A stretch of DNA of 58,335 bases, filler included, from Sphacelaria rigidula (Eukaryota): assembly GCA_964200075.2 (NCBI GenBank). It is 7 parts of 7 records of this genome, joined end to end, with 100 filler letters (N's around TTAATTAATTAA, not from the genome) between each part and the next. Parts side by side here need not be neighbours in the genome. Positions count along the whole stretch, not along the records: positions 1 to 8,249 come from CAXNAA020011778.1; positions 8,350 to 16,597 come from CAXNAA020011779.1; 5 more parts are not named here. One strand, 5' to 3'. Of the stretch, positions 1 to 10,970 are shown one piece after another. Both the position numbers and the translations under genes were made by a program. How positions within the stretch are numbered: the first letter of the stretch is position 1; each line of letters starts with the position of its first letter. The notes beneath the pieces are model-generated. The model saw only the letters and a program-made list of their open reading frames with translations, was not told where the DNA came from and made no database searches.

Positions 1-62
1 CCCCACAACTCAACCATCAGGAGGTTACGAGGTTACCAACTGAGCCACCGGGGCGACCGGCT
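1..62 (-). mobile_element. tRNA-derived SINE family 1, 5' head (cut by contig start)
   Basis: Matches 46274-46335 (ctgagccaccggggc.acc.gct). The reverse strand carries the Pol III A box TGGCTCAGTTGG. Confidence 0.75.
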
Positions 63-757
63 AAGTAAACCTGATAAATATCACGAAAGTTGTCTTTATA
101 AGTCTAGAGCTTTATATGCCTTCACTTGTTCTGACATAGAGGAAGTATCATCTCGACGTATCATGCTTCTTTTGTAGGGATAACGTGTGCTTCATTATTA
201 GAATCATGATAAAATGTCAGAAGTATAACGAAAAATCATGATGGCGTTGGTCATGGAAAAAATATGAAGGATTTTACTATAGCATTACAGTTACAGAATA
301 TTTCATCATTGACGATGGAGCCCCCGATATCCGAGTATAATATATTCTAGGGTTGATAGCCGTCACATGTTGAACTTGAACCTAGTGGAGTATGTTCTTT
401 CTAATAACCTATGGTTTCTGTATCAGCAGATACCGAAATGATAGAGATAACAACAACGCCTCATCTACAACTCTGAGTCGACCAGCACGCTTTGTGCGTG
501 ATCTTATTCTACGTTATCTTCGATCGTGTAGTAAAGTGACCATCACCTATCAGCCATCATCATTCACTTGACGCCACAGCAACACTCACGGGGGAGAAAA
601 GACGGCAGGACAACGAAGTTTGGAAAAAGTGCTCAGACTTCATTTCGACACGCCACAAATCAACCAACGATTGCATGGGAAGAAAAATAAAAAGCGGCAC
701 TTCCGGAACTGTTTCCGCGCACTCTTGAAATAAAGGAATCCTCAGAACACCTTCCGT

Positions 758-842
758 GATGATGACGATGATGATGATGATGATGATACGATGATGATAC
801 AATGATGATAATGATGATAGTAACAACAACAACAATAAATAG

Positions 843-912
<70 letters not shown>

Positions 913-949
913 GCAATAATAGCAAAAATAATAGCAATAATAATAATAA
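758..949. repeat. Compound microsatellite (GAT)n/(AAC)n/(AAT)n
   Basis: Directly visible, with a pure (AAT)n run at about 845-911. It explains the poly-L, poly-I and poly-Y ORFs. Confidence 0.97.
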
Positions 950-1626
950 CTAGTGGTGAGCCACGGCTGACGCACGTGCCAGCAGCGCCGTAGGTACCAA
1001 CGCCATGAGTCTTCTCGTACGCGTGGTGCTTTTGAATAGAATTGCAATAAACAAAAAACGAGCCTGACCGTAACCATAATTGAAAGGTATAAAATATGAG
1101 CAAATACGAACTCCCAGCTCTACGGCTAGCCTGAGCGTTAGGGGTGCTAAACAGGGGGGAGGTGTTAGCCTCCGAATAGTGTCCAAGCTATTCGACGACA
1201 GTTTACTGTACATAGCCTACTTTTCTTCGTTGCTCCGGATAAACTTGATTTTAGAATACATCCTTGACATTGAGAAATCATGCGTTAAGGTAACACCGTC
1301 CCTCTTCAGACGCCACATACACTTCCATACCATTGACATATTCAGGGGTTAAACCTATGGAAACACCACCCTTCCGTCTCCGGGCCAGACGCCTCATTAC
1401 TTCAAGCCTTGTCAAAGAAGAAAATATGGGGGGAAAAAAGACCGACGGCAACCACTTTCACGACGGAAGGCCACGGAAGAATCCACCGGTATATGTCATG
1501 CATGCGCGCACCGAAAATATTACCCCAGTGCAATCAGGTTAGTTTCGTCCTGTGCGGGGTGCAACGGGTCGAGTTTGTTCAAGTTTGTGCACACAGCCAA
1601 AATTAGCACTTGTGTGCCTGAAGTTC

Positions 1627-1800
1627 GTGTGTGTGTATGTGTGTGTTGTCATCCCATCTATTCTGGACGCCAGTCTACACCTTTCGGTATATGCGGGCGC
1701 ATCAGCCAGGGTCACACAGAAGGAGTAAGGCCAGCACAGGAGTCTTTTTTTCCTCCTTTGTATTTATTATAGTACTTCACCTTCCTTCCGCGGTGCTCAC
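1627..1800 (-). mobile_element. SINE family 1, 3' fragment with (CA)n tail
   Basis: gtgtgt...tcccatctattctggacgcc.gtctacacctttcggta matches 45965-46040. Confidence 0.8.
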
Positions 1801-2870
1801 CTTTTTTTTTCAAAAAACAAAAATCAGCACCACCTGTCTACTCCCTATATACGGAGTCCCGTGCGGCAGCTGGGGCACATTTTCATTCGGGTCTGAGAAA
1901 CACGGCTCGGGCAAATATTTTGGCGTGAGATTTCAGTGTCCACAATAGAAGCGAGTCGGGACAACTCCACTCCACCAAGTGGTGAACTCTACTGTTAGGG
2001 ATGCTACTCGGGGCGCAAAAAGTGAACGAGCTGTTCGACGACACCATAACGACCAGAGAGAAAAAAACAATTTTTCACGTTTGCCCCTGGGATGCTCCGC
2101 CTGGATACCCTTGGTTTTAGAGGCCAACCTTTTGGCGGGTAAGTCGTGCGTGCAGGCGCCGCCCTCCCTGTTCACACCCTATACACTTTTTCTCACCATC
2201 CACACCCACCCTTTGGCAGTGGCCTTTTCCTAGTGCTTTGAACGTGAACACTCTGAAGGGGGGTGCTACGGTTGGGGTGCACTAATACTTTCTGAGCGAA
2301 GAACTGTTAGGAGCCATTGATCTAATCCAAACCACGACTCGTGAAATATGTGATACAGTAGTACGCCAGGATTACTGTTCCAATGTGCCAAGGATATCCC
2401 GAATAATATTGCAGACAGGGATACCCTGACCCATATTTTTGTCCATCTGGAATCAATAGGAGCCCCTGAAACAGTCAAGATTTTGCGCAAAAAGTGAACC
2501 CCTGCCATAGCATTGCTCTAAACCTGAAAATACATGGACTCTTTGTGGCTTTACTGATCTGACCGCGGGACGTTCCCTGAAATGGCCAGTGCTGTACGGT
2601 GCAATGGGGTTTTAAGCACCGAACGCAACAATTAGTGCTCAAATCGAACACGTAACTGTAGAAAACCTCGCGGGCAAAATCTATCCCTCGATGGAGTGTC
2701 CCAGCAATGCGCCGTTCCCGATCAATACAAGTGAAGAATAATGACAGACAGGAGGGGCTTGGGGAAATCCTCGGGGGAGAGGTCTGAATCGGAAGAACTA
2801 TGTTTCGGTGCGTGCGCATGTCAGTACTCGTATGTCTTCAGTAAAATGCACTCCGATATATTGTGTTGAG

Positions 2871-2871
<1 letters not shown>

Positions 2872-2903
<32 letters not shown>
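2872..2903. repeat. (AAC)n microsatellite
   Basis: About 10 perfect AAC units. Confidence 0.95.
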
Positions 2904-2904
<1 letters not shown>

Positions 2905-3068
2905 TCTGTGATGAAGGAAAAAGAAGCGACGGTGCGACGTGAAATAACACACACGCAAAGTAAATAACCCATGTGGTGAGGAGACAAAGGCGACCGCAAC
3001 ATCCTACCCCCCTACCCCCCTATAGAACCCGCGGGTGGTCTTCTACGAACCAAACAAAAAGAGAGTAC

Positions 3069-3163
3069 CTGGAATTTGAGCAACGCGCGCTGGAAGTCGT
3101 CGTAGGAAATTTCGTTCGCCACATCCGGCACGGTCGCTTCGGTTTCAGCGTCTCCCTCATCAT
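3069..3163 (-). CDS. Internal exon of the Tat-signal protein gene (DDEGDAETEATVPDVANEISYDDFQRALLKFQ); resembles the FtsH lumenal N-terminal domain
   Basis: Acceptor gtacAG and donor CAG|GTactc. The 95-nt exon starts in phase 1, matching the phase-1 end of exon 6874-7035. ISYDDF..AL resembles the 'YSEF..A' motif of the FtsH extracellular domain. Confidence 0.7.
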
Positions 3164-3239
3164 CTGTACCGAACGGGCGTTAGGGCATGGAGAAGGGGTT
3201 CGCATACGTCTTCGATACGTCATTGTACTGGGGAATAAA

Positions 3240-3525
3240 TGTGTAATGGTCCGAGTGTAATCATTAGGGTGGTGAAAACGTGAGTTCGGTTCCCGCTGCA
3301 GTGGGGTTTTTCTTCGAAGTATCTGATTTCCACCGTCGGCAATGGAGTACGTGAGTTACACAAAGTAGTTGACTGAGTTTGTTTGGCGAGAGTTAACGCG
3401 GTGAGGGACTGATGACCCAACCCGCGAGACCCAAATGCAAAGCGTGTACCGGGGGAGAGTTGGGTTGGTCCCTTGAGACTGTCAGACCACGGACTCGTCC
3501 CGAGGAAGGGGAGGGGTTTAGAGTA
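3240..3525 (+). mobile_element. tRNA-derived SINE family 2
   Basis: Homologous to 37989-38285 (tggtccgag..ttagggtgg; gtatctgatttccaccg; gacccaa.ccgcg.gacc.aaatgcaa; gaccacggactcgt). B-box-like gagttcggttccc. Confidence 0.7.
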
Positions 3526-3810
3526 TAACAAAATCAAATACGTGTGTTGGTTAATCGATTGGTTTCGTCGCGCAGTACGTTATCCTCCACTACGAAACCA
3601 GCCGCGGTCATGAGATAGACGTGCCCAGGGTGAGTAGAAACGCATAAGCTCACTGAAGGAAGCTCCAGGAAAGGCGAACACGAAGAAAAAAAAAGGAGGG
3701 GAGAAAGAAACTGACCACTGGTGCTACGGTACAGGTGCACAAACACTCCACGGTTCGTACGAATCATTGCCAGCTCGAATCACCAAATCCACGATTTCTA
3801 AGGCCTGATT

Positions 3811-5093
3811 TAGGCTTCAGTTCCGTATGCGCGCATAAAGTTGAGCTTAATTCGGGGGAGTTAGCATAAATAGGCCTGTTTAGCGCAAAGCTTATAATCG
3901 GCTTCATACGCTTGAAACGAGCTTAACTTATTTAAAACGCACATAGACGCGGATAAAACGCGCATAAATTTACGATATGTTTTTGCTCGCAAGTGCTCCA
4001 TGTGGCGTAACTCGTCGCCAGACAGGCTGACAGGCGTCAGGCTTCAGGCTCCAATACTCAATGCTTCAAATTTCCATGGTCATGTTTCGTGTTCTTATTT
4101 TGTTGCGGGTATGATGAGCAGACTGCTCCACTATATATTTAGTACGCATGGTACTATATTGCTTTCGAAAAGATCACAAGATACTAAATAAATGATACAC
4201 TTGTACTTTGTACAGCAGACAGCAGACAGCAGACAGCAGTAGAAACAGCAGCACCAACAGAGAGAAGTGACAACGAGTGATGGCAGCGTTTGTAACTCAC
4301 GAGGTCATGACGGGCCTACTGTCCGAGAAGGACGACTTTTTGGTCGCGATCTCAGGCGCGCACTCGGAGTACGGTTTGCTGTCGTTTTGAGAGGACAACA
4401 AGAACAGGCTTCCCAGTTGGTATCTCGTGGCGATGGATACTGTACTTATCCAGCCATCGTCCGCGTCTATGGAGCGAGCGTTTTCGATTTTGAGCGGGTG
4501 CTTGAACTCCCGGCAGGAGAAGGCGTAAGGTGACCGGATGGAATCCGCAGTTGTGGTGAAGTACAATCGGTACCGGTACTTTGACACTATTTTCAACTTC
4601 GACTGACGGTAGACCATGCGGGGGGAGGGAGGGGGGGGGTGGCAGCTTGTAGCTCGTAGCTTGTAGCATGCCGGGCGAGAGGTCAAAGGCTGCGATGCCC
4701 TGTGTCCAGAGGGTGCAATGCCGTACTGCTGTATCAAGTATTGTAAGTGTGGTGGCGTTTGTTGTTCCCGTAGGTGGGTTAGGGTGTAGGTGTGCAGGTT
4801 GTGGTTTCCAAAGTCAATAACTGGAGAAAAGCTTCATTTTATAATTATAAATGATCAACAAAACTTCGGAAGCCCAACTTGTCGTCTTGTCCTCATTCTA
4901 GAAGGCGCGCCTCGTGAGAGGATACTGCCACCACGCCACAACAAGGACGGGAATAAGGCGCATAAAGCGCGCCTAATTTGCGCTAAAAAGGCTTGAAACG
5001 GGGCCTAAAACCGATATATATATATATATATATATTATAAAAACGTTGGAGCTTAATTTCAATAAAAAAACGCGCATACGGAACTAAAGCCTA
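3811..5093. mobile_element. Non-autonomous TIR DNA transposon (TAGG termini, hAT-like)
   Basis: 23-bp TIR with one mismatch: TAGGCTTCAGTTCCGTATGCGCG (3811) and CGCGCATACGGAACTAAAGCCTA (5071-5093). No transposase ORF and no matching TSD. Confidence 0.75.
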
Positions 5094-5554
5094 CTTACAA
5101 GTGGTGGTGTTTATGCCCAGCATTATTCGGCACGGTAAATGAGGGACGATATCAAGCGCGGTATTCTTTGCGTCGACAACGGCCCATTGCAAGAGACTCA
5201 TCACCGAATAAAAATGAAGTTATTTATCGATACTCGGAAAATGGCCAAACAACCGGTTTTCTGGTTTTGTGGGGCGTTTTCGCTGTTTTTGAAGGATCAT
5301 TTTTGCAAGAGAAGGGAGGGACCGAAAATGTGAGTGCACTACCGCCTCCCCTTTTTAGCAGGCGGGGCCCCCAAGAGAGCCAGTTTGTGTATCGAAAGTA
5401 TCGACTTACCAGCTTGCGATTACGATACTGAGATTAGCCGAAAATCGCGAGCGATACTCGATATTTCGATACACGATTTTCAACGCTGTCTAATGGTACA
5501 AGTGACATCGTTCGGTTCCATTTAGACGCGCTTTTTTTCTTCCTTTTTTTGAAG

Positions 5555-5740
5555 AATCTGATTTCCGCCGTTGAAAGCGTGAGGACGTACGTGAGGAGGT
5601 ACGCGAGTACCAAAAGAAATCTGTGTGGCTGAGTTTATTAGACGACAGTCGACGCGGTGCGGCAGTGTTGGTCGTGATCCAATCCGCGAGACCAAAATAC
5701 ATGGCATGCACTGGAGAAAGATGGGTGGGTCGCTTGCGAC
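5555..5740 (+). mobile_element. SINE family 2, 5'-truncated fragment
   Basis: atctgatttcc.ccg ... gacgcggtgcgg ... ccaatccgcgagaccaaaat shared with 38083-38210. Confidence 0.6.
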
Positions 5741-6873
5741 CACCCCTGCTGGCGTTACCCACATGGAGGCTACCATACTGTAAACTGTGAGCTGCAGCTA
5801 CTATAGGTGATGCACAGTCAGTGTGGGTGGGGAGGGATTGTGTTCAAATTTTCGACTACTCCGTGAAGGCCATCATAAGATTTTACAGACGCGAGATATG
5901 GTTCCACCGTGAGCAAGGGCGTTATCGTAACACATGAACTACTTGCCGTTTCATTTGTGACCCATACCATCGAGCGCTGAACGAATAAGTTTTGTCGGGG
6001 ACTCATCCTGGGGAAGGGGAGGGATCGAAAGAGTGACGGAAGGAAAAAATCACACCGGAGGAACAGGGGAAACGACCAACCATATATATGAACCACCTCC
6101 GAGCAGTCCACGGGGAAATAGAATGGAATATAGCAATACAGAGAAGCGACAACCCCACAGCTATACGCACCGCTGGAAGTCTCTATTACAACGACTGGCA
6201 GGATACAAGACCCTCCAGACTAAATTCCAAACTGCACGGAGTATATACTCGCGCTCGCTGTTGAAGAAACAACAGTGATGCAATAATACATTTCGGTTTC
6301 CATCTGAGGGTACGGAAGCAGAGTGACGAGATTGCCTCTTACAAGAAAGAATTGTACCGCTCCTCATTTCAGTAACGCAGAGAACGTTGGCTCTTTGCAT
6401 TTTGGGCTTAATTTTCAAGTTATCAGCTGCACTCAAGTTTAAAGTGATGTTTTTCTGATATTTTCCAGCACGTGTACTGTTTTTCCTCGTTCTGTTTTCA
6501 GAGCGTGTTAGCTATTCATGTGGGCGAGATTTGTTTTACGCTTCAAGTATCATAGTGGTGGCTTCTGAATGTTGATTGATTTAATTTGATCTGCTTGATG
6601 GTCGCACGTGAACTGCCCCACGAGGGATCCGACAGCGGTTATTATCCAGTATGCATACCCCAAGGAAAGTAGAAACAGAAACACCCCTTGAAAAAAAAAA
6701 ACTCGGAAAAAGGAGGAGACAAAGAGTGAAGAAAAGCACAACAAACGGGGTAAGCGATGTAAAGACGAGATACAAAAAAAAAAAAGGAAAAGGAAAGGAA
6801 GGTAGAATATGAACAAGAATACTGTAGCCAAAAACTGAAATAATTTTACTGAGTAAAAAAAGAATTTCTTCAC

Positions 6874-7035
6874 CTCCGAACGGAAGGCCCAACCAGCCGG
6901 CCTTCGCAGGAGGCGTTCGAACGGCCGCCATGCTTATCGATGCGGTCGACAAAGACAGAGCAGCCTTCCACGCTCTCGAAACGGCTTCTCGGCGACTAAC
7001 ACCCTCTGGCTCCGTCTGCTCTTTACTGGCACCAC
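6874..7035 (-). CDS. Exon encoding a twin-arginine thylakoid-transfer-like peptide (GGASKEQTEPEGVSRREAVSRAWKAALSLSTASISMAAVRTPPAKA-GWLGLPFG)
   Basis: Acceptor caacAG and donor GAG|GTgaag; 162 nt, phase 1-1. It has an SRR motif, an Ala-rich hydrophobic stretch and an A-X-A (AKA) cleavage site. Confidence 0.72.
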
Positions 7036-7685
7036 CTGTTGCCAAGGAAGCGGGCGCGTTTTTGTTATGCAATGTGTGCTGTGTTTGAGTGTACAAGACA
7101 GTGTGTGCTTGAAAATTCCTACACATAAGGAAAACGCTGTGATATTTCTCTTTACGCCGATTTCGGGAACATGTCCGCAGCATAAAAACCCTCCTCGAGT
7201 CGTTTTCGCGTCAACCACATGCTTCGGTACATTTATCTTGCGTGACCGACCATGGATGGATTCCGCGGTGGATCAGTGAATGCATGGCAATCAATCAAAC
7301 TAAACACCCAGTCCGTCGATGACACCTTCTACGATCCCCCCCCCCCCCCCCCAAAAAAACAGCCCAAAAATGTCACGAAAAAAATGGTCATATAGTACAG
7401 CGCCTGATGTTTGGGTTCAGGCTGCATGAAGCGCCTCATATGGGCAACATTGGCGAGAACGAACCCAAGCGTGAAAATTCCGCTCGTTTTGCTCGGAATC
7501 TTCCATTTCAACTTACGTGAAGATTTTGCCTCCCCGAACCAGGCGCTTTTCGGAAGGGATTATTGTAGAAAGTGTCCAATATGTGGTGTACGATACTGTG
7601 ATGTACTATACTTCTTGCCGGCCTCTCTGTCGTACGTTTGATCTTCCACCCCCCTCCCCCCCCCCCCCTCCCCCACAAAAAACCC

Positions 7686-8249
7686 TGCCATTTCGGGGGG
7701 AAAACGTGGACCTGACAGGAAGAAGGAAGAAGTATACCAGTAGTCGAGTGGAGGAGAAAGTAGATGCACAGAATTGCATCTATGGCAAAGCAATAGAGAG
7801 TAGTACTCAAAAAGTATCAAAATGTGAAGTATACAAGGAGGAACGGGACGTGTTGGAGGGGGAAATGTGGAACGTGAACGGAGGTGGCATGAAATCGTTT
7901 GATACATTAGACAGTAGCGAAAAAAACGATCGCTATAGTAGGAGATAGATGGTGACCACAAGCAGCGTGACAGGAAGGGGAACAGATATATATATGTATA
8001 TAAATTGTTTTATGCAATGTATGGAAGACAAGTAATGAGCACCTAAATGTTGGGGATGTTTTCATTAGGAACGGGAACGGTTCTCCGTCTCGCAAGGGAT
8101 TCGTGGTCAATGGCCAAACGACCAAGGCAAGCTACAGCTGTGTACGCCCCCCTTCCCCCCCTCCTCTTCCTAGACGGTGCTCCGTCTCGAAAGGGATGCG
8201 TGGTCAATGGTCAAACGACTAAGGCAAGCAACAAAAGAGTACGCCCCCC
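7686..8249 (+). mobile_element. 5'-truncated LINE 3' end (decayed ORF2 C-terminus plus 3' UTR), followed by a second ~75-bp 3'-end copy; both lie in poly(C) tracts
   Basis: The translation QNCIYGKAIESSTQKVSKCEVYKEERDVLE resembles a degenerate CCHC knuckle of non-LTR ORF2. Homologous to 41212-41535. The terminal segment 8076-8146 is repeated at 8174-8243. C-rich tracts at 7649-7674, 8147-8170 and 8244-8249. Confidence 0.7.
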
Positions 8250-8349
8250 NNNNNNNNNNNNNNNNNNNNNNNNNNNNNNNNNNNNNNNNNNNNTTAATTA
8301 ATTAANNNNNNNNNNNNNNNNNNNNNNNNNNNNNNNNNNNNNNNNNNNN
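8250..8349. other. Artificial contig spacer (44 N + TTAATTAATTAA + 44 N)
   Basis: Exact 100-nt spacer with stop codons in all six frames. It recurs every 8347-8348 bp. Confidence 0.98.
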
Positions 8350-10970
8350 TTGATCTCAATCTATCGATTACAGTGGGTGTCCAACCATCGCCAGATAGAT
8401 CAAAAACAATATGCCGTAAGTGAGGGGGAATGTCATCCCACAACTTTTGAAAACGGGCGCGTTGTTCTAGGGAAAATCTATCCAGTAATGCAGTTGGGGG
8501 CTGAGGTTCAGGTGCATCTGGTGGATTTCTCACCACCATGGGGTCAGGCATGTGTAGCGGAGGGGGCCCCGTGGATTTTGGGCGGTCGGTCGGCGAGTTG
8601 TTGTCCGCAGGGCGGTTCGTATGAGAGGCGCTTGCGCATAACCCAACAACTGACCGTTGAGTATATCGAAACATGCAGGGGACGTGAGGTAAATGGCCTG
8701 CCAACCTTCGTGGACAAAGACTTCGGTCTGTTCAAACGGACCAACCTGTGCTTGGTCAGGTTTGAGCAATTCGACCAAATATTGTCCTGTGAGGGCGGGC
8801 GATCCATTGCGTCTCACGCGGTTCACTTGGATAAGTTGGGTTCACGAGAAAGCGAGACTACAGGTTCACCAACATAGTACAGACGGGAAGCATTACTTGT
8901 TTGCGTGGGGTCATCCTCATAAGCATGAGCTCCCGAATCAGTGTCGAAGTGACCCAGTGACAGTTTGCCTGTGACTGGACGGTTCGGGACAGGTGTGTCC
9001 GTCGTGTACGTGTGTGTGGAAAAACGAAGCCAACTATCTGGACCCAACAAACATCAAAAGACATGGAACCGTCGGGCACAATTAGTGCCCATGCGGACAA
9101 CCCAGCAGTGGAAGTAGTATCCTGGTAGACTCGTACACTTAGTCCCACCGATTCATTGACCGTAAGAGATGTGGAGGAACCAAACCCACCAAAAACACGA
9201 GGGCGCACGGTGGACAGACAATGCTCGTCCGCCGCACCCGCGTTGATCATCTGTTGCCAGTAGCTGGCTGGAATGAGCGTTTGCGGTGAACCAGAGTCTG
9301 GTAGTGCAAGACCTATCAAATGACAGTTTGCACGCGCTCCACTATGTAAACCTATCTTGGTCGTAAAAGAAGCATCATCCATAGTTGCAGTGCCGCCGAC
9401 GAGATCGGGCCCGAATTCGGGTAAGACATCTGACACACCCTGCTTTGCGTTTTGAACGAAGGTGCTAAAATACACCCGTTGATGATCCTGTGGGACAAGC
9501 TTTTGGTCGGAAGGATGGTGCGTGCATGGAGTGTCAGTGTTTGTGCCTGGAATATTCGTCTCATCAGTCGAGGGTTGAATATCATATACTGCATCGGAAG
9601 GGCGATGCCGGGGAAGGGCAGTTGTCGTGGTTGGACCCGACAACTGATCTGTGCGCGGTGTTTCACCTTTATTGGCCAACAGAGGGGGCGAATCGTCCTC
9701 GTGCAAAGCGGGATCACTTGCATTTTACAGCTTTGTCGGAACAGGGGACGATTCATCGGGGCGCGGTGTTGAGTTTGATACGTCAATCACCTCAACACCA
9801 TCACTAGTTACGGCCAACATGGGAGGTTTTGGAGACGATTCGTCAGGACGCGGGGTTGGTAAAGCTGTGCTGTTCAGCCCGGCGTCTATTAAAGGGGCCA
9901 ACGTGGGCGAGTTAGGAGACGAGTCGTCTTACGTAACACTTTGTCTGCCTGGTGACGAACACACGATTGAGGTGCCTTCATGACTAGGATGCGAACATCC
10001 ACGAGTCGGTGAAGTCTCGGTCCCTATAGACGGCAACGCTCAATCGGAAATGGGTTCAAACGCAGTGCACGAGTATGGTCAGGGAGCAGTGACGATCTGT
10101 TCGAAATCTGGGGAGTACCGGCCTGTTCCACTCTAAGGTTTTTATCCGTCTGAGCCCACACGCAATCTCCCCCTTGGAGTTCACGTGCGCTTGCTACATC
10201 AGGGTTATCTACATGATCATCTGGAGGAGCCCGCCTAGGACGACGCGTATAGCGCACGAAAGGGTCGGCGGCTCCAGGAGCTATCGAAATGAGTTCTCGG
10301 ACAGTCGAACCTAGGTCACGCTATTGGCGCACCACCTGAGTCGCTGTAACTTGGGGCTCCATTCTAACCCGCCGAGCGACGGAAAGCATGGGTTCTTTGC
10401 GGTTGCGACCCTTTAAGGAATAATTACGCTCATCAAATAAAAGGGAGCCGGGTACCGTAGTTTTTGCGGAACTCGGTAGGGTGGTTAGCCGGGCACTTGA
10501 GCAGTTGGGGGGTGCTTCAGTGTGTGGCTTTGAATTTGGTGTCCTTAGATGAACGATCGAAGAGGCAGCGTCTACCGTACCAGAAGATATTTCGGCTCCA
10601 GATGCGTTAGAAACTGCACTACATGACTTCCTCTCCTCCGAAGGGAAGAGGTTCGATTGAAATTGATTAATACCTGGTGGATGTAACACTGGGTGATCAA
10701 ATCCAGGATTCAAACGTTGGGTTTGGTCACTGCTTAATTGATGGCCATGCAACGGTGCACGGGCTTCGACTGTCTTGGAACCCTTCAAGGAAGTGTCAGC
10801 ATATCCAGGGAACCTACACCACATGATTAAACCCGCGGTGGCCGCCGTTGATTCACGTGTGTGATGTTTGTGACCTGGCCGAGCGAAAGAAATGTTGACA
10901 TAAAATCGTTGGATACTTCTGCGGTGAATTACACGTCATTGTTTATTTCTGATTGTGGGATTGTACCAAC
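8350..10970 (-). mobile_element. Decayed Ty3/gypsy-like LTR retrotransposon: gag/protease region, cut by the contig end before RT
   Basis: Aspartic protease motif ALPDSGSPQTLI (about 9280-9310) and a downstream DV(M)LGPDSW motif (about 9030-9060) across a frameshift. Possible LTR end plus PBS (..CA-GT-TGGTAC) at 10963-10972, low confidence. Confidence 0.75.

Noticed and set aside
560..1103. ORFs with poly-Leu, poly-Ile, poly-Tyr or poly-His runs
   Set aside because: They are translations of the (AAT)n/(GAT)n microsatellite.
8294..8305. TTAATTAATTAA recurring at a regular ~8.35-kb period
   Set aside because: It is a synthetic six-frame-stop linker inside N padding, not biological periodicity.
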